Shown here one piece after another: positions 37,938 to 51,228 of a DNA stretch of 64,000 bases. Each line of letters opens with the position of its first letter. Position 1 is the stretch's first letter. A program made the position numbers and the translations under genes. The DNA is from Octopus bimaculoides (taxonomy: Eukaryota): positions 160,124,614 to 160,188,613 of the forward strand of contig NC_068982.1 in assembly GCF_001194135.2 (NCBI RefSeq), given 5' to 3'. The notes beneath the pieces were generated by a model. It was given only the letters and a program-made list of their open reading frames with translations, made no database searches and was not told the DNA's origin.

Positions 37938-39232
37938 TATTGGGCTGGCAGCTAAGTATCCACCGTCTTTGTAGATTTTGGAATTCATTGCGGTTTTAAA
38001 TTTTGGAATCTATTCTTTTCGAGAATTCTATTTTTGAATGATTTTGGAATTTATTTTGTTATTTTTTCTTTCTAGTTAATTTTAGTTAATTTTTGTTTGT
38101 TTTCAGATCATTAAAATGGAATGTCAAATTAAGAAAAACGAGCATTTTCGACACCTCATACGTTTTGCTTTTAATCAAGGTTCTAAGGCTGCAAAAGCTG
38201 CTTGCGATATTTGTGCTGTGTATGGGGAGTGTACCATAACTGAAAGTACCGCCCCTGATTGGTAGGTCAAGTTCAAAAATGGAAATTTGGACCTCAAACA
38301 CGCACCTTGTTCTGGCCGTCCAGTTGAGTTCGATGAAGAGAGATTAAACTAACATTTGCACGAAAATTTTTGTCAAACGACAAGGGAACTGGCAGAGAAA
38401 ACGGAATGCTCACACTCTGCTATAGAGAAGCATCTTCACTCGATGGGAAAGGTTCAAAAGTATGGAGCATGGGTTCCGAATGCTTTAAGTGACAACAACA
38501 AAAATAAACGAGGCACAATTTCCGCTGGTTTGCTTGCTCGTCACCGCTCAACTCATGGACACAAGCAACGACTTCTTTATCGAATCGTTACTGACGACGA
38601 AATGTGTTGCCTGTACATCAATATGAAGCAGCGTAAGGAACGTGAAACAAGATCGTCATCCGCGTAAAACGATGTTGTGCGTATGGTGGGATGGGAAGGG
38701 ATTATCCATTACGAATTGCTTGAACGGAACCAAACGGTCAACGCGGAACTCTATGTTCAACAGACGGAGCGACTCAACACGGCTATGTTCAACAGATGGA
38801 ACGACTCAACAAGGCTATTCAAGAGAAAAGACCTAATCGACAGCATGGAGTTCTGCTGCACAACAACGCCCGCCCTCATATCACCAATATGACCAAGGAA
38901 ACCATTCAAACGCATGGTTGGGAAGTGCTGCCACAACCGCCGTACTCTCCTGATTTGGCACCAACGGATTTCCACCTTTTTCTGTCTCTTTCAAATGCTA
39001 TGCGCGGAGTTTAGTTCAATACTGATGCAGAATTAAGAGCCTGGATCAATTTTTTGAGTCGGAATCGGGTGATTTCTACCAACGAGGTATTGAAAATCTT
39101 GTTGAACGATAGGTAGAAGTTGTAAGCAACAAGGGTGAATATATTATTGATTAATTAGCTGTTATCTTTTATTAAACCTTTTTAAAAATTTAAATATACA
39201 AAAAAGGCGGCAACTTAGTTGACAACCCAATA
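37938..39232 (+). mobile_element. Full-length (1295 bp) defective mariner, DD34D
   Basis: TIRs TATTGGGCTGGCAGCTAAG and CTTAGTTGACAACCCAATA, inserted in (TA)n. ATG at 38116 (MECQIKKNEHFRHL...), WVPNAL, IVTDDE, MLCVWW, LHNNARPH, YSPDLAPTDFHLF, with 34 residues between the second catalytic position (mutated D to N) and the third. Stops, a deletion near 38640 and a 32-bp duplication inactivate it. Confidence 0.95.
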
Positions 39233-42200
39233 TATATATGTACGTATATTTCTAGTGGCTCCATATTTATTTACTCGCACGGGGCATATTTATGCTAAAC
39301 CAGGTTACACAGTTTCTCTTTTCTATTTTCGTCAAGCCAAGCTTCCCCAAAAAAACTGAATGACACTCATTTGATTATCATTCTCTGCATTCTTTCTCTT
39401 TTTCTTTTCCCCCTTTTGCCTACCCATTTCTCTCTCCCTTCCTCAATTTTTGCTATTATTTCAGTTTCTTTCTGCTTTCATCGTATTTAGCTCTCCACCA
39501 GTAATTGTCCATCTCTCGCCTTCTTTCTTTCACCGACATCTGTATTTATCATGCATGCTTATCCTGGATATCTGGCCGATGACTATTACTTTTGCCATTC
39601 ATCCTTCTGGATAAAATGTTTTGTGATTCACGCCTGAAGATACGTGCCAAGCTTCATGCACTCTGATAATAGTTTTGCGTATTTGCTTTCTGTAATATTG
39701 CCTGGAAACTCATTGGATAAGAGAATGGATTTCTGTACACTCCCGTATTGGCTAGATTTTCTTATAACTGCAAATTGTGAGTAACGACCATGGAAACATA
39801 CACTTGTCAGTTTTCTGATTTTCAACTATTATATTTTCTTTGATACTTTTATGCTTATCTGTTTGAAAGTGAAATATTTAGAATCGCTTTGATAATTACA
39901 GTATGCGATTTTCAAATATCTGTATTTGAAGTATTATATCTATAAATAAGAATAATAGCTTATTTTTGCATGGAAGAAGGAGTAAATGAAACACAGAAAC
40001 ATGTGCAGAGAGGTAGAGTTAGAGGGCGTGACAGAGAGGAACACAGAGAGACTCACAAAAACAAACAGAAAGAGCACTTGAGAGAAAGATAGTTTAAGAT
40101 AAATAGTGATAGACACAAATAAAAATAGAGGGGAAAGTGATAGTAAGATAAATAATGCATTTAATATTCCATGTAAATAACTTCGCAGTTATGCAAATTA
40201 TTTCAATATAATATTGTTTGAAATTATGAAATTCACTTTCAGGCGTAATCTCTATGTTTTCGAATTTACTTCAAAGGTGTTTGAGGTTTTGCAAATGCTA
40301 GTTCGTCACATTCAATAGCATTCATAAAGCCTCAGCCTATTCTTGTTCATTTTTTTTTTATGAATTACACATTTCAGAAACAGAAGAAAGAAAACGTTAA
40401 ATATTCATGCATAGTTCTTTTTCCAATCCCTAACTGCTTGAATCACTAAATGATCCAAATGTTGCATGAGATTTTAAATATCAGAAGTGTTATACATTTT
40501 GGTGATTTCAAATTTGACTGATCGCAAGTAACGAAGATTTTAAGTCTTAGTTTATTATTTCAGAAACGTATTCATACATACGACTAGATCTACGAAAGTT
40601 ATGCGTCCTTATAAACATGTGGCACATATATATTGGAGAAATGTCAATAATCGTTTTTCGGATAAATAAACATTTATTGCACATCTTTTTCGATACACAT
40701 TTCTTTTCTGTATGAAACTTTGAAAAATTCATCATTACTAACTAATCTGCCAGTCCGTAAAACCTAGCTGATACACTCTATTATATCAATCTACTGCTTC
40801 TATAAACTTGATCTCTGATCATAATGGGCCAATTAAAAGATCCACCTTATACGCATCCACATATATATACATGTCCACTCAGACATATGTATGAATGTGT
40901 GTATGTACAGACATATATATGCATGTTAGTCCTGGATTTTACCTTTAAACAGCATCCGATAATGGTATTCTGGTTCGGGACTTCCAAGATTTTGTGGAGT
41001 GTGACACCACCTCATAGCGACTATGGTGATATTATAATAAGGAGCAAAGAGTAGTAGATCATTTTGCTAAAGTATGAGTGTGAAATTCTCTGTGATTCTG
41101 TGAGGTTGGTAAAAATAACCTTTCTTTGGAAGTGGGATAATTAACGATCTTGAAATTACTTAAGTTACGAAAGTCGCAACTTAAGAGTTTCAAACTACAA
41201 CCAGAGTCCTGCAGAGAGTTACCTTTACTTTTAGAGATTGTGGTAGTCTACATCCCCGACAAACTATCCAAGACAAAGGACTTACTATGAAACTAAAACG
41301 GTGAAAACGTCAGCAGATCGAATATCTCTCTAATTATAACTATGCTAGTGATCGTACCTTCAAACCTCGTCAAATGCATAATGCGCAAGACTTGTTTTAT
41401 CGATTTCTCATTACAAAGATGACTGAATACTTAATTATCATTAAGTATGAAAGCTACCTGTCAATTTTTCACACAACCCAGGAGGTCAGTGACTCCAAAT
41501 TACGTGAGATATACCGCCCACTTTATCCCAAATGTATCACCAGGGCTTATATATCCACTTGTAGATTATCAGTTTTATATTTTTGGGTTGAGCTCTTCGT
41601 CGTTTTGTATGCAGACTCTTGTAAACCTCTGTCTGGTAACGCTCGATACTGATTTGTATAGTGTGTGCTTAATCTATCCACCATCTTTAAATTTATCTCA
41701 TGTTCAGCACGCAGTTGAAGCGATATTAACCAGAGAAACGTGTTGTTGATCTTATAACCATTGATTAACAAAAAGTGGAACGTTTGCAGTTATTGTTCTC
41801 ATTCTATAATAGCATCTTGCTAATTTTCTATAAAGCGGTATCTGATTTTACTTTAACGCTTTCACGGAAATAAGAATTACATCTAATTATTTTTGAATAT
41901 TTTAGAGAAATGATTTTGAATATTTTATTCCGTAACTGATTCAACAAAATTAAATTTTAATATCCTTTAGAAAAGATAAGGTTTATTATTAAAATCCTTA
42001 ATATTAATTAAAATAGAGAATAAAATATTCCCACTACAAATATGGAAATTTCTAATCACCGTATGAACTTCCAAAAATGCTATTATATTGAAGGGAGTAA
42101 CATATTCTACTAATTTGAAATAACCTTTCTTTTAAGTATTTATTTCAAAGGTGTGTTTCATTCAATTGTTTAACATTTTTTGCCAAAGATGACTAACCAG

Positions 42201-43680
42201 ATATGAACAGTAATTATGATAACACAATAGCGCGTTGAAATGCCTTTGAATGTTCATTGTTTGTCGCTAACTTGAAAGTAGTAGTGCAATTTCTGTAATT
42301 AAACCGATGTTTTGATGAAAATATCTCTCTATCTCACATGCTCTCTCTCGCTCTCTCTTTCTATCTTTTGCTGCGTTTCGCGCCTTTCACTCTGTCTCTA
42401 CCTCTCTTTCATCATTCTATATCCATTTATTTATAGAATATAATGAAGTATCTGAATATTGCGATATTTCTGCGAGTAAAATGAAGACGTGTTGCCTTAG
42501 TGCATATGTTCTCCCTATTTTTTTTTTACTTTTTACAAATATCACGTACTCTGGTGAGTAATCCAATAATTGGAATTTAAAACTTGAATGTTTTAACACT
42601 TAAATATTCGAAATAAATTGGAAATTCTTTAAGAACGTAGGTTCTATTTCTGTTCTTTATTAAGCTTGTCACCTTTCTGCTTTATTATTTATTTTACACA
42701 GCATATTGATTAATAACAGAAACTTTCTTTAATCATTGGTTTCGTTGGGATTTCTACTCAAAAGCGTTTTTCTCTCGCTATAATATTACAAATTATTGGT
42801 TTATTGATTACTGTTACAAATCGAAAACATACTTAGAATAAACAGAAATGGCATGATTTGATCTGATTAAGATAACATCCAACGGCTTTCCATATCTGCC
42901 ACTAAGATTAATGCATTTTCTATATTCGACATATAAAATATTCATACTATTGTTTCTTAGAGACCTAGGTCAATCAATGAGGATTTAGATGATGTATTAA
43001 TGAGATTCAAACGATGAATTACTAAGAAGATTAATTAATTTATCTCAGTTAGCTTTTTTCTATTTCGTAATAGAGGTCATGAGAGACCAAGAAATAGATT
43101 TACCAAGAGGGCTGAATAATCTAACATTTTGTCTTTGAATGGGTAAGAGAGATGAAATGCTGATTTACACAGTTTAAATGGCTGAATTACTTTTTTTCTT
43201 TTCTTCACTATCCAACAAATGGCAACTGGACAAAAAGTTTAAGATTCTTTATCCTTCAGGGCAATAAAACTTAACAGATTCTTCTCTGAGCTACATTTTG
43301 TGAACGCGAATCGTCATTTATTATCCACATATAACTGTTGGTAACCAAGCTTTTTTATTTATTTCCTATCACGGTGGATTCTGTTATGAATTCGCAACGT
43401 CGAATTGTGTGTTGATAATGTTCGCATTCATATCAACTCTCATGAAATAGACATATCACCAGGGGCATTCGAGATGTGGCGATTTCTTATTTCTTAGGTA
43501 TTTAAAGTTATGTTATCTAATGTGTAGTTTCTTTTCTTAAGACAACATGTTATCATCTGTGTGAGATTTGGAAGTTACTACTCGGAAGTAAGGTGACTAT
43601 ATAGAGGCTCTCGTGAGTGGTGTGTCTAATATAGCTTATATTTCTCGAAGTTCAATAATTTATGATTTTCAACTCATCTC

Positions 43681-44441
43681 CGGATTTCACGGGAGGGCTG
43701 CAATCGGAAAACCTCTACTTTCAAACAGAAATGTTGCAAAGCGTTTGGAGTGGAATAAAAACCTACAGAATTGATCCCTAGAGAAGTGGAAGAATGTTAT
43801 TTTCTCGGACGAGTCATCCTTTACCATATTTTCGACCACCGGCCGAGTATACGTGTGGAGACAGCCAAAATAAGCGTTTGACCCAGACTGCCTTCTTCCA
43901 ACTGTTAAACATAGAGGAGGATCTGTGATGATCTGGGGAGGCTATATCTTGGAAATCTGCCGGTCCAATGGTTTTCCTTCATAGAAGAATTAATAGTCAA
44001 GACTATTTAAGCAATTTATCGGATCAAATTCCGCCTATGGTTGCATAACTGTTTCCGAAGGGAAACAAAATCTTTCAGGATGATAATGCACCAATTCACA
44101 CAGATAAAGTTGTTATTGAATGACACGAGGAACGTTATAGTGAAGTTGATCATCTTATCTGGCCACCAAAGTCCCCAGATCTCAATATTATTGAACATTT
44201 ATGGTGCATTTTAGAAAAACAAGTAAGGAGTCGATATCCTCCACCATCATCACTACAAGAATTGTAGACTATTTTAGCTGAAGAATGGACAAAAATTCCT
44301 TTGGAAACAATTCAAGCTTTGTACGATTCCATAGCTCGTAGAATTCAATCTGGAATTACTGCCAAAGGCGGTCTTACCTCATATAAAAATGAATTTGTTT
44401 GAAATATTAAGGTGTTTCTCCATTATTTTGTCCAACCCCCG
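43681..44441 (+). mobile_element. Tc1-family transposon, 5'-truncated, DD36E
   Basis: GFHGRAAIGKPLL...WKNVIFSDES...VKHRGGSVMIWG...IFQDDNAPIHT...WPPKSPDLNIIEHLW...GGLTSY*. Right TIR GGTGTTTCTCCATTATTTTGTCCAACCCCCG lies next to the gap. Confidence 0.93.
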
Positions 44442-45167
44442 NNNNNNNNNNNNNNNNNNNNNNNNNNNNNNNNNNNNNNNNNNNNNNNNNNNNNNNNNNN
44501 NNNNNNNNNNNNNNNNNNNNNNNNNNNNNNNNNNNNNNNNNNNNNNNNNNNNNNNNNNNNNNNNNNNNNNNNNNNNNNNNNNNNNNNNNNNNNNNNNNNN
44601 NNNNNNNNNNNNNNNNNNNNNNNNNNNNNNNNNNNNNNNNNNNNNNNNNNNNNNNNNNNNNNNNNNNNNNNNNNNNNNNNNNNNNNNNNNNNNNNNNNNN
44701 NNNNNNNNNNNNNNNNNNNNNNNNNNNNNNNNNNNNNNNNNNNNNNNNNNNNNNNNNNNNNNNNNNNNNNNNNNNNNNNNNNNNNNNNNNNNNNNNNNNN
44801 NNNNNNNNNNNNNNNNNNNNNNNNNNNNNNNNNNNNNNNNNNNNNNNNNNNNNNNNNNNNNNNNNNNNNNNNTTTGAACGTAAAAATTGCTTCACATTCG
44901 TCGAGCACTACTGCTTTGCCAAAAATATAATTGTTATAATTATTAAATTATGATTCTCATAAATTCTATAACATCTCATTTCTAGATCCCCTAATCATTG
45001 AATATTTGTTGCAACCCTATTTGTATAATTGTACAGAGGTTTACACACCAAATCGAAAAACTTCGAGCTGTTAGACGTTTTCATTATTTTCATACCCGTA
45101 CGATCATGTCTCATCACCAGTAATCATATTGTTCATGAAGTTTTGATCTTAGCTAGCACATTCCAGC

Positions 45168-45263
<96 letters not shown>

Positions 45264-45339
45264 NNNNNNNNNNNNNNNNNNNNNNNNNNNNNNNNNNNNN
45301 NNNNNNNNNNNNNNNNNNNNNNNNNNNNNNNNATATATA

Positions 45340-45480
45340 TAGGTACAGGATGTCACAAAACAACGTGAAATCTGAAAACATGAAATACGAAGACAAACTT
45401 TTTTTGCGAACAACGAAAGAACCAAATGGAAAACACAACAAGTAACATAAAGGACGACCCTTCATCAGTTGTCAACTGTT
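45340..45480 (-). repeat. Fragment of a dispersed repeat, possibly a Penelope-type terminal repeat
   Basis: Minus strand CAGTTGACAACTGATGAAGGGTCGTCCTT has a CTGATGA core and a short stem but no GAAA. The assignment rests on resemblance only. Confidence 0.3.
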
Positions 45481-45954
45481 TATATGCATATATGTGTGTG
45501 TGTGTGTGTGTGTTTGTGATTCTCCCCCACCAACGTTTGCCGTCCTCCCTATCTAGCAGTTCTCCAGAACAATTGATAGAATGTATATGAGAGGAACTTA
45601 AATATAGATACTGGGATCAATTTCCTTAACTAAACACGTCAAAGCACTTCTCCAACATGTTCGATGCGCATTGATTGAAACAAGTAAAAGATAAGATTCC
45701 AAGCCCTGTTTTTCTCTACAACCAATTAAGTAATCATCTATAAGCCATTTAGACAGCTATAAGTTACCTAATACATTAGAAATAAACGAAACAATAAAAC
45801 AGAATCGATATTTACGACAATAACATAAGTACTTTAGATTGCCTCTCGACTAATTGTTTTAAGATTGATTATACAGCTTAGATGTTTCACTGTATAACTC
45901 ACACAACAGCTCGCACAGCACATACATGCCTTACACACGCACACACACGCATAG

Positions 45955-45985
<31 letters not shown>

Positions 45986-46155
45986 CGTGTGTGTGTGTGT
46001 ATGTGTGTGTATGTCTATACATACATGTACATACATATATGCATGCTTGCGTGCATACGTACATACCTATGTATGAATGTTTGTATGTATACGTACATAC
46101 ATACCTATGTATGTACGTATGCATATATGTATGTATATGTATGTTTATATGTGAA

Positions 46156-46405
46156 GGCGCGTAGCTTAGTGGTTAAGGCATTCGGCTCATGATCGTTAAG
46201 TCGTGAGTTCAACTCCCAGCGACGCATTGCATCCTTGAGCACGACACTTTATTTCACGTTGCTCCAGTCCACTCAACTGGCAAAAACGAGTAGTACCTGT
46301 ATTTCAAAGTGCTAGCCTTGTCACACACTGTCATGTTGAATGTTGAATCTCCTTGAGAGCTACGAGAAGGGTGCACGTGTCTGTGGGCCCCTCGTCGTCG
46401 TAGCC
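46156..46405 (+). mobile_element. tRNA-derived SINE, family C
   Basis: GGCGCGTAGCTTAGTGGTTAAGGCATTCGGCTCATGATCG...GAGTTCAACTCCC (A and B boxes) followed by TTGCTCCAGTCCACTCAACTGGCAAAAA. Homologous to 62170-62475. Confidence 0.88.
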
Positions 46406-47767
46406 ATTATATATATATATATATATATACTGTTGTATTTGGGGACGGTTTGTTTCAACACACAATTTCACATCACGAATCTTGCAAAACGAATATATAT
46501 ATATATATNNNNNNNNNNNNNNNNNNNNNNNNNNNNNNNNNNNNNNNNNNNNNNNNNNNNNNNNNNNNNNNNNNNNNNNNNNNNNNNNNNNNNNNNNNNN
46601 NNNNNNNNNNNNNNNNNNNNNNNNNNNNNNNNNNNNNNNNNNNNNNNNNNNNNNNNNNNNNNNNNNNNNNNNNNNNNNNNNNNNNNNNNNNNNNNNNNNN
46701 NNNNNATATATATATATATATATATAAAACGAAAGGGAGAAAACATTGTTTGCCAGAACCTGAGTATAAAATACTAAATTATGACATCCGAAACCAAATT
46801 AATAAATATTAGATGTTCTATCAACACTGCTACATATTTTTACGCTCGTCTGTGAATTCGATTAGAAGGCATGATGCCACGAATAATATGAGAATTTGTC
46901 GGATGTTTGATACTTGCCCTGATGGTCAGAAATTATCCTGGAGTGACATCGTGTTCATGGGGAACATGGGAAATCAGTTTTACAGAATTTAATATTTGGA
47001 ATGTACGGTTGATAAATATGCTCACATACGTGTAAATGAAATAGTTTGTCTGTGCAGCTTAAAAGCAATAAATGACTTACACGTCTGACGCATTCTCATG
47101 CACATGCTTACAATGAAATAATTACACACATGCTAAATATACCGAGCTGTAACAGTATAAGCGTATAAATGTGTACAAAATGCATGTATACACAAATATA
47201 TACATATCCAGTCGTTCCATTTTACAATTCTGCATGTATCCGATTGCATCTGCTTTTATGGATGGTACACGCCACCAGATAAAATGGAAATGAAACAAAT
47301 AACAGGTAAGCATACACATAAACATGCATTAACCTTACAATTTTTTAATTTACATTTGTATATTCACATAACTATACATTCAAATACATACATTCAGCGA
47401 CTCATCAGTGCATAAAAACTGACATATACAGCCGCAAATCCCTCACTCTTAAAACTAGAACTCTCTGGAATACGCATTTCTGCTCTCTATCCAATAGATG
47501 ATATGCTCACACCCACACACATACACATACATATGCACACATATTTTCAATAACTCAGATATACACACATACTTATAATCAGAATCAACTTCTACCTACC
47601 TTCATTAAGTCATCGGATAGAAGATGTGACACAATGACATTTCTCAATACATGACTCATCTAAGTATAAGTGTGATGCAATACAAGATAAAACAAAAGGG
47701 ACAGGAAAGTTCTGGATGCTAACAAATGTATGCCGTTACAATAGATGGTGTATAGTTCATAACAGAT

Positions 47768-47980
47768 TGTTGCTGTTTTGTCGACCCCCCCCCTCTCCGG
47801 GGAAGAAGTAGGATCTCCCAAGACATATAAATAGAGGTAGTCTGGCCGTGGGAGGAGTATTAAGTAGCAGCCGAGTTGCTGTTGACTAGCAGTCGAGTAG
47901 CAGTTGTGTAGCGGTTGAGTAGAGAACATCCGAAGGTGCTAGATAGCAGTAGCTTGAGACATTACATTGGCGACGAGGAT
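47768..47980 (+). mobile_element. LTR (TG...CA, about 199 bp) with tRNA-Ser(GCU) primer-binding site; Ty3/Gypsy-like remnant
   Basis: Begins TGTTG (47768), contains TATAAATAG and ends ATTACA (47966), then T and TGGCGACGAGGAT (47968-47980). This is complementary to the 3' end (...AUCCUCGUCG-CCA) of eukaryotic tRNA-Ser(GCU). Confidence 0.7.
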
Positions 47981-49923
47981 TCGCAGCTCACACAACCACT
48001 GTGTAGTATTGAGACATAACAATTGCATAAATTGATTTGGAAGTACTCTACAAAAACTGTAGAGCAGTTTGAAATTTACTCCGATTACTCCGATGTTTCT
48101 GAGTTGCTCTTAGTGTCAAATATATGAACAACCAATCAGGTAGATCTAATTACACATGGTAGGGCGTTCCTGGGGGTAATATCTTATCACAGAATGGAGA
48201 AACCGTTTTTTTTACATCCATTTCTAAGAGGTTTCGAATTATGAAAATTCGGATAAAAATTAAAACCGTACATAGATCTATAGGATATCTCGAGGACTGG
48301 AAATATCTCTACCTATCCAAAGCAAATATCTCTATAGGCCTCAATATTGCAGTGCCAGTATCTAGCTGATTTATAGATAACGGTATCCCCATGTTTATAT
48401 TGTTGTTCCTATGTACAGATTATTTGATCGGTATAATTATTGTCTTAATGTTCACACGAACATAAACATCAGCGTAAAATTATATAAATAGACAAAAAAT
48501 ATCTCCTCAAGTAACATATGCTTGTGTTCCTATCGAAATAGTATTTTATCCAAGGGATGAAGGGGGAGGATTAAATAAATGAAATGATAATAAAATAAGA
48601 GCATAAGAACATTTAAGAGAAGATAAATGGAGGTTTTCTCTTGGTGTGCTTCAATCGAAATCACCTACTGTTTAACCACAGAAGCAAAGGTAATTAGGCT
48701 ATAGCTGAAATATATCCTGAACAATGATGCGTTTGTCTGCTTGTAGCTGAAATTTCCATGTGTGTAGACAAGAAGGAAAAGTGTCTTCTCATATGTGTAA
48801 AACGTAGGCCAGCTTTGTCTCAAAACGTCAAGCTTTTCCAGTTACAAAGAAGTTACTAAAGTTTCATTTACATGTAGAAACCGTTGACGGAATTATCAGA
48901 TAAAAACATATATATCTCTTGTATTATAAAAACAACTGAATAATCTGTTACACATAAGTCTTTTCACAAGACATTGATCATTCACAAGTCAGTTGGTTAT
49001 ATTTCATATTAACGTTACTATAAATAGAAAATTATCTCTTTTTAGGTGCATACTCATGTAGAACTTTTGGAATTTGTCTGTTTGTCCCGCAACACTGAGC
49101 TCATCAGTCGTGTGCAAAATTCACTTCCGCAAACGCAATCAGCAACACCACCTTTAGAAAAACAGTGAGTTGAAACGCTACAAAACTCGAAAGTTACGTT
49201 GGGTGATTGAAAGACAAAGCCCATAACAATATATCAATTGGAAACTTGCTTCAAATGCAACCATATATGAAAAATAGCAGATGTTGAGCAAAATATCATG
49301 GGAACTAAAATTATAGCCTAAAGTCAATTAATATATTTCCATTCCTTGCATATACTAACGAGGAATGGATATATGTGCCATGATATTTTTTGGAACGAAC
49401 TATTTTTTGCATTCCGACGAATATTGAAAGTACGCGGTCTAATTTTCCTCCTCCTTATTGCACTCTACCCTTTTACAATTATTCCTTTCTTCCTATGTCG
49501 CTATCTAATAAAAAAAAAGAATAATCTTCGTTAAAATGTTTTGAATCTGGTGTTTTTATGAATTATTTACACAAATGAGTATCTGCTTGCGTAAGGGTGT
49601 GCGTAGCATATGTGTGTGTGGATACTTTTAAAATGTAATTAGATTTTGTTCAAAAGCAGGAGAGAATGAATACTTGGCTGGACGAGAATTGCGTTGCATT
49701 ATTTTGGGGACTAAATAATTTCCATATGATTATATATCCTTCAATAAAGACTGTATCTTGTCAAAGTGGAAACGAACTTTCGGTTATTCGATTGAACATT
49801 AAACAATCCAAGACCTGTAGCAGGGTGTTTAGCCTGAAATAAAAAAAAAGAATAATCTTTGTTAAAATGTTTTGAATCTCTCTGTATTTAACATTCCGGA
49901 TCTTGGAGTAAATTATAATAATA

Positions 49924-50262
49924 GTGTTCAGTCCCACTGCGCAGTACTTAGGGTAGGTGCTTCTCCTAGTATAGCCACTGACCGGCCAGTACCTTGTGAG
50001 TGAATTTGAGAGAAACTGTGTGGAAACTTTTCGTACATATATATTTAAGTGCATATGTTTGATCTCTGCTTGACAATGGGTGTGGTTTTTTGACGTCCCC
50101 ATGCCATAGAGCTTTAGCAACCGATACCGATAGAATGTGTACCAGACTTAACAAAAGGAATCAGTACTGGGGTCTAACTATTGGACAAAATTCCTATGCA
50201 AGTGTTACTGTAGCATGGTACTAAACCAATGACTGAAACAAGTAAAAGAAAGTAAAAGAATA
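49924..50262 (+). mobile_element. SINE family A-related copy, head partly missing
   Basis: GTTCAGTCCCACTGCG...GACC..CCAGTACCTTGTGAGTGAATTTG..AGAAACTGTGTGGAAAC...CAGTACTGGGGTC...TGACTGAAACAAGTAAAAGA. Confidence 0.75.
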
Positions 50263-50324
50263 ACAGTAATAATTATAGGTGTATGTATTTGCGTGTTATT
50301 GTATACAAATATGTGTGTGTGTGT

Positions 50325-50398
<74 letters not shown>

Positions 50399-50819
50399 AC
50401 ATGTGTGTGTATGACTGTACGAGTGAGAGAAACTTGAAACAAATGTGATAGATTGTTAGAACTCGAGCACATCTAAATTGAATTTTAATCAGTGTTAGTT
50501 ATTATTCTCTGATAAATGATTCTCGAATACTTATAATCAGATGTGATAAATTGGATAGCAAATTTAATCGAATAATTATTGTTGACTAAACAGAGGCTTA
50601 TGCGACTGAGAAAATATATGACCAAGTTCACTCGCTTATTTTGTCTGTGGTTCTTTTAATATCTTCCCGTTGTTCTTCAATAAAACTCACTATGCTATTG
50701 TTTCAACACTTGTTGCAACCAGTACATTCTGAATCTTTCCCACTCCAGTTCATCTTCACCATCTAGTTTTCTCATCCTGGCACCCTCTTCCTGCCTACTT
50801 AGGAACAGCATAATCCATT

Positions 50820-51075
50820 TCACCCGCTTGGTAAGGGCAAGGTAAGGATGCGATGTTGGATTTGGCACAATCAAGTAATTGGGCCATTTAATATTTGGGG
50901 CTCTGTGACAGGTGATTCGTATCTGGACATGCTTGGCCGCAAGATGATGCCTCACGTGCATTCATCTTGGAAGGGGAAATCGTGTCTGTTTCTGAAGGAT
51001 GGGGCTCGACACCATTATGCATTACAGGTTCGTGATTTTCTGAATGAACATTTTCCAAGCGTCGCGGGCCAATTG
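50820..51075 (+). mobile_element. Tc1/mariner-superfamily transposase fragment
   Basis: CWIWHNQVIGPFNIWGSVTGDSYLDML...FLKDGARHHYALQVRDFLNEHFP resembles VWCG.....IGPFF..GTVTG..YL.ML...FQQDGAPPH....VR..LN..FP. Confidence 0.65.
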
Positions 51076-51196
51076 AATATTTGGCGCTACATGGTAAACA
51101 CTTTGAACATTTGTAATGGATTACTTACTTTATTGGTAATAAAGCATACTTGATATCTCCTACGGTACGTGACTTTGAGGCTACCCTGTGTGTTTG

Positions 51197-51228
<32 letters not shown>

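Noticed and set aside
46156-46230. tRNA gene call (also considered for 11520-11593)
   Set aside because: A/B boxes are present, but acceptor stems do not pair and the sequences continue into SINE or Penelope bodies.
49085-49125. CTGATGA on the minus strand as a third hammerhead
   Set aside because: No stem II closing onto a GAAA core.
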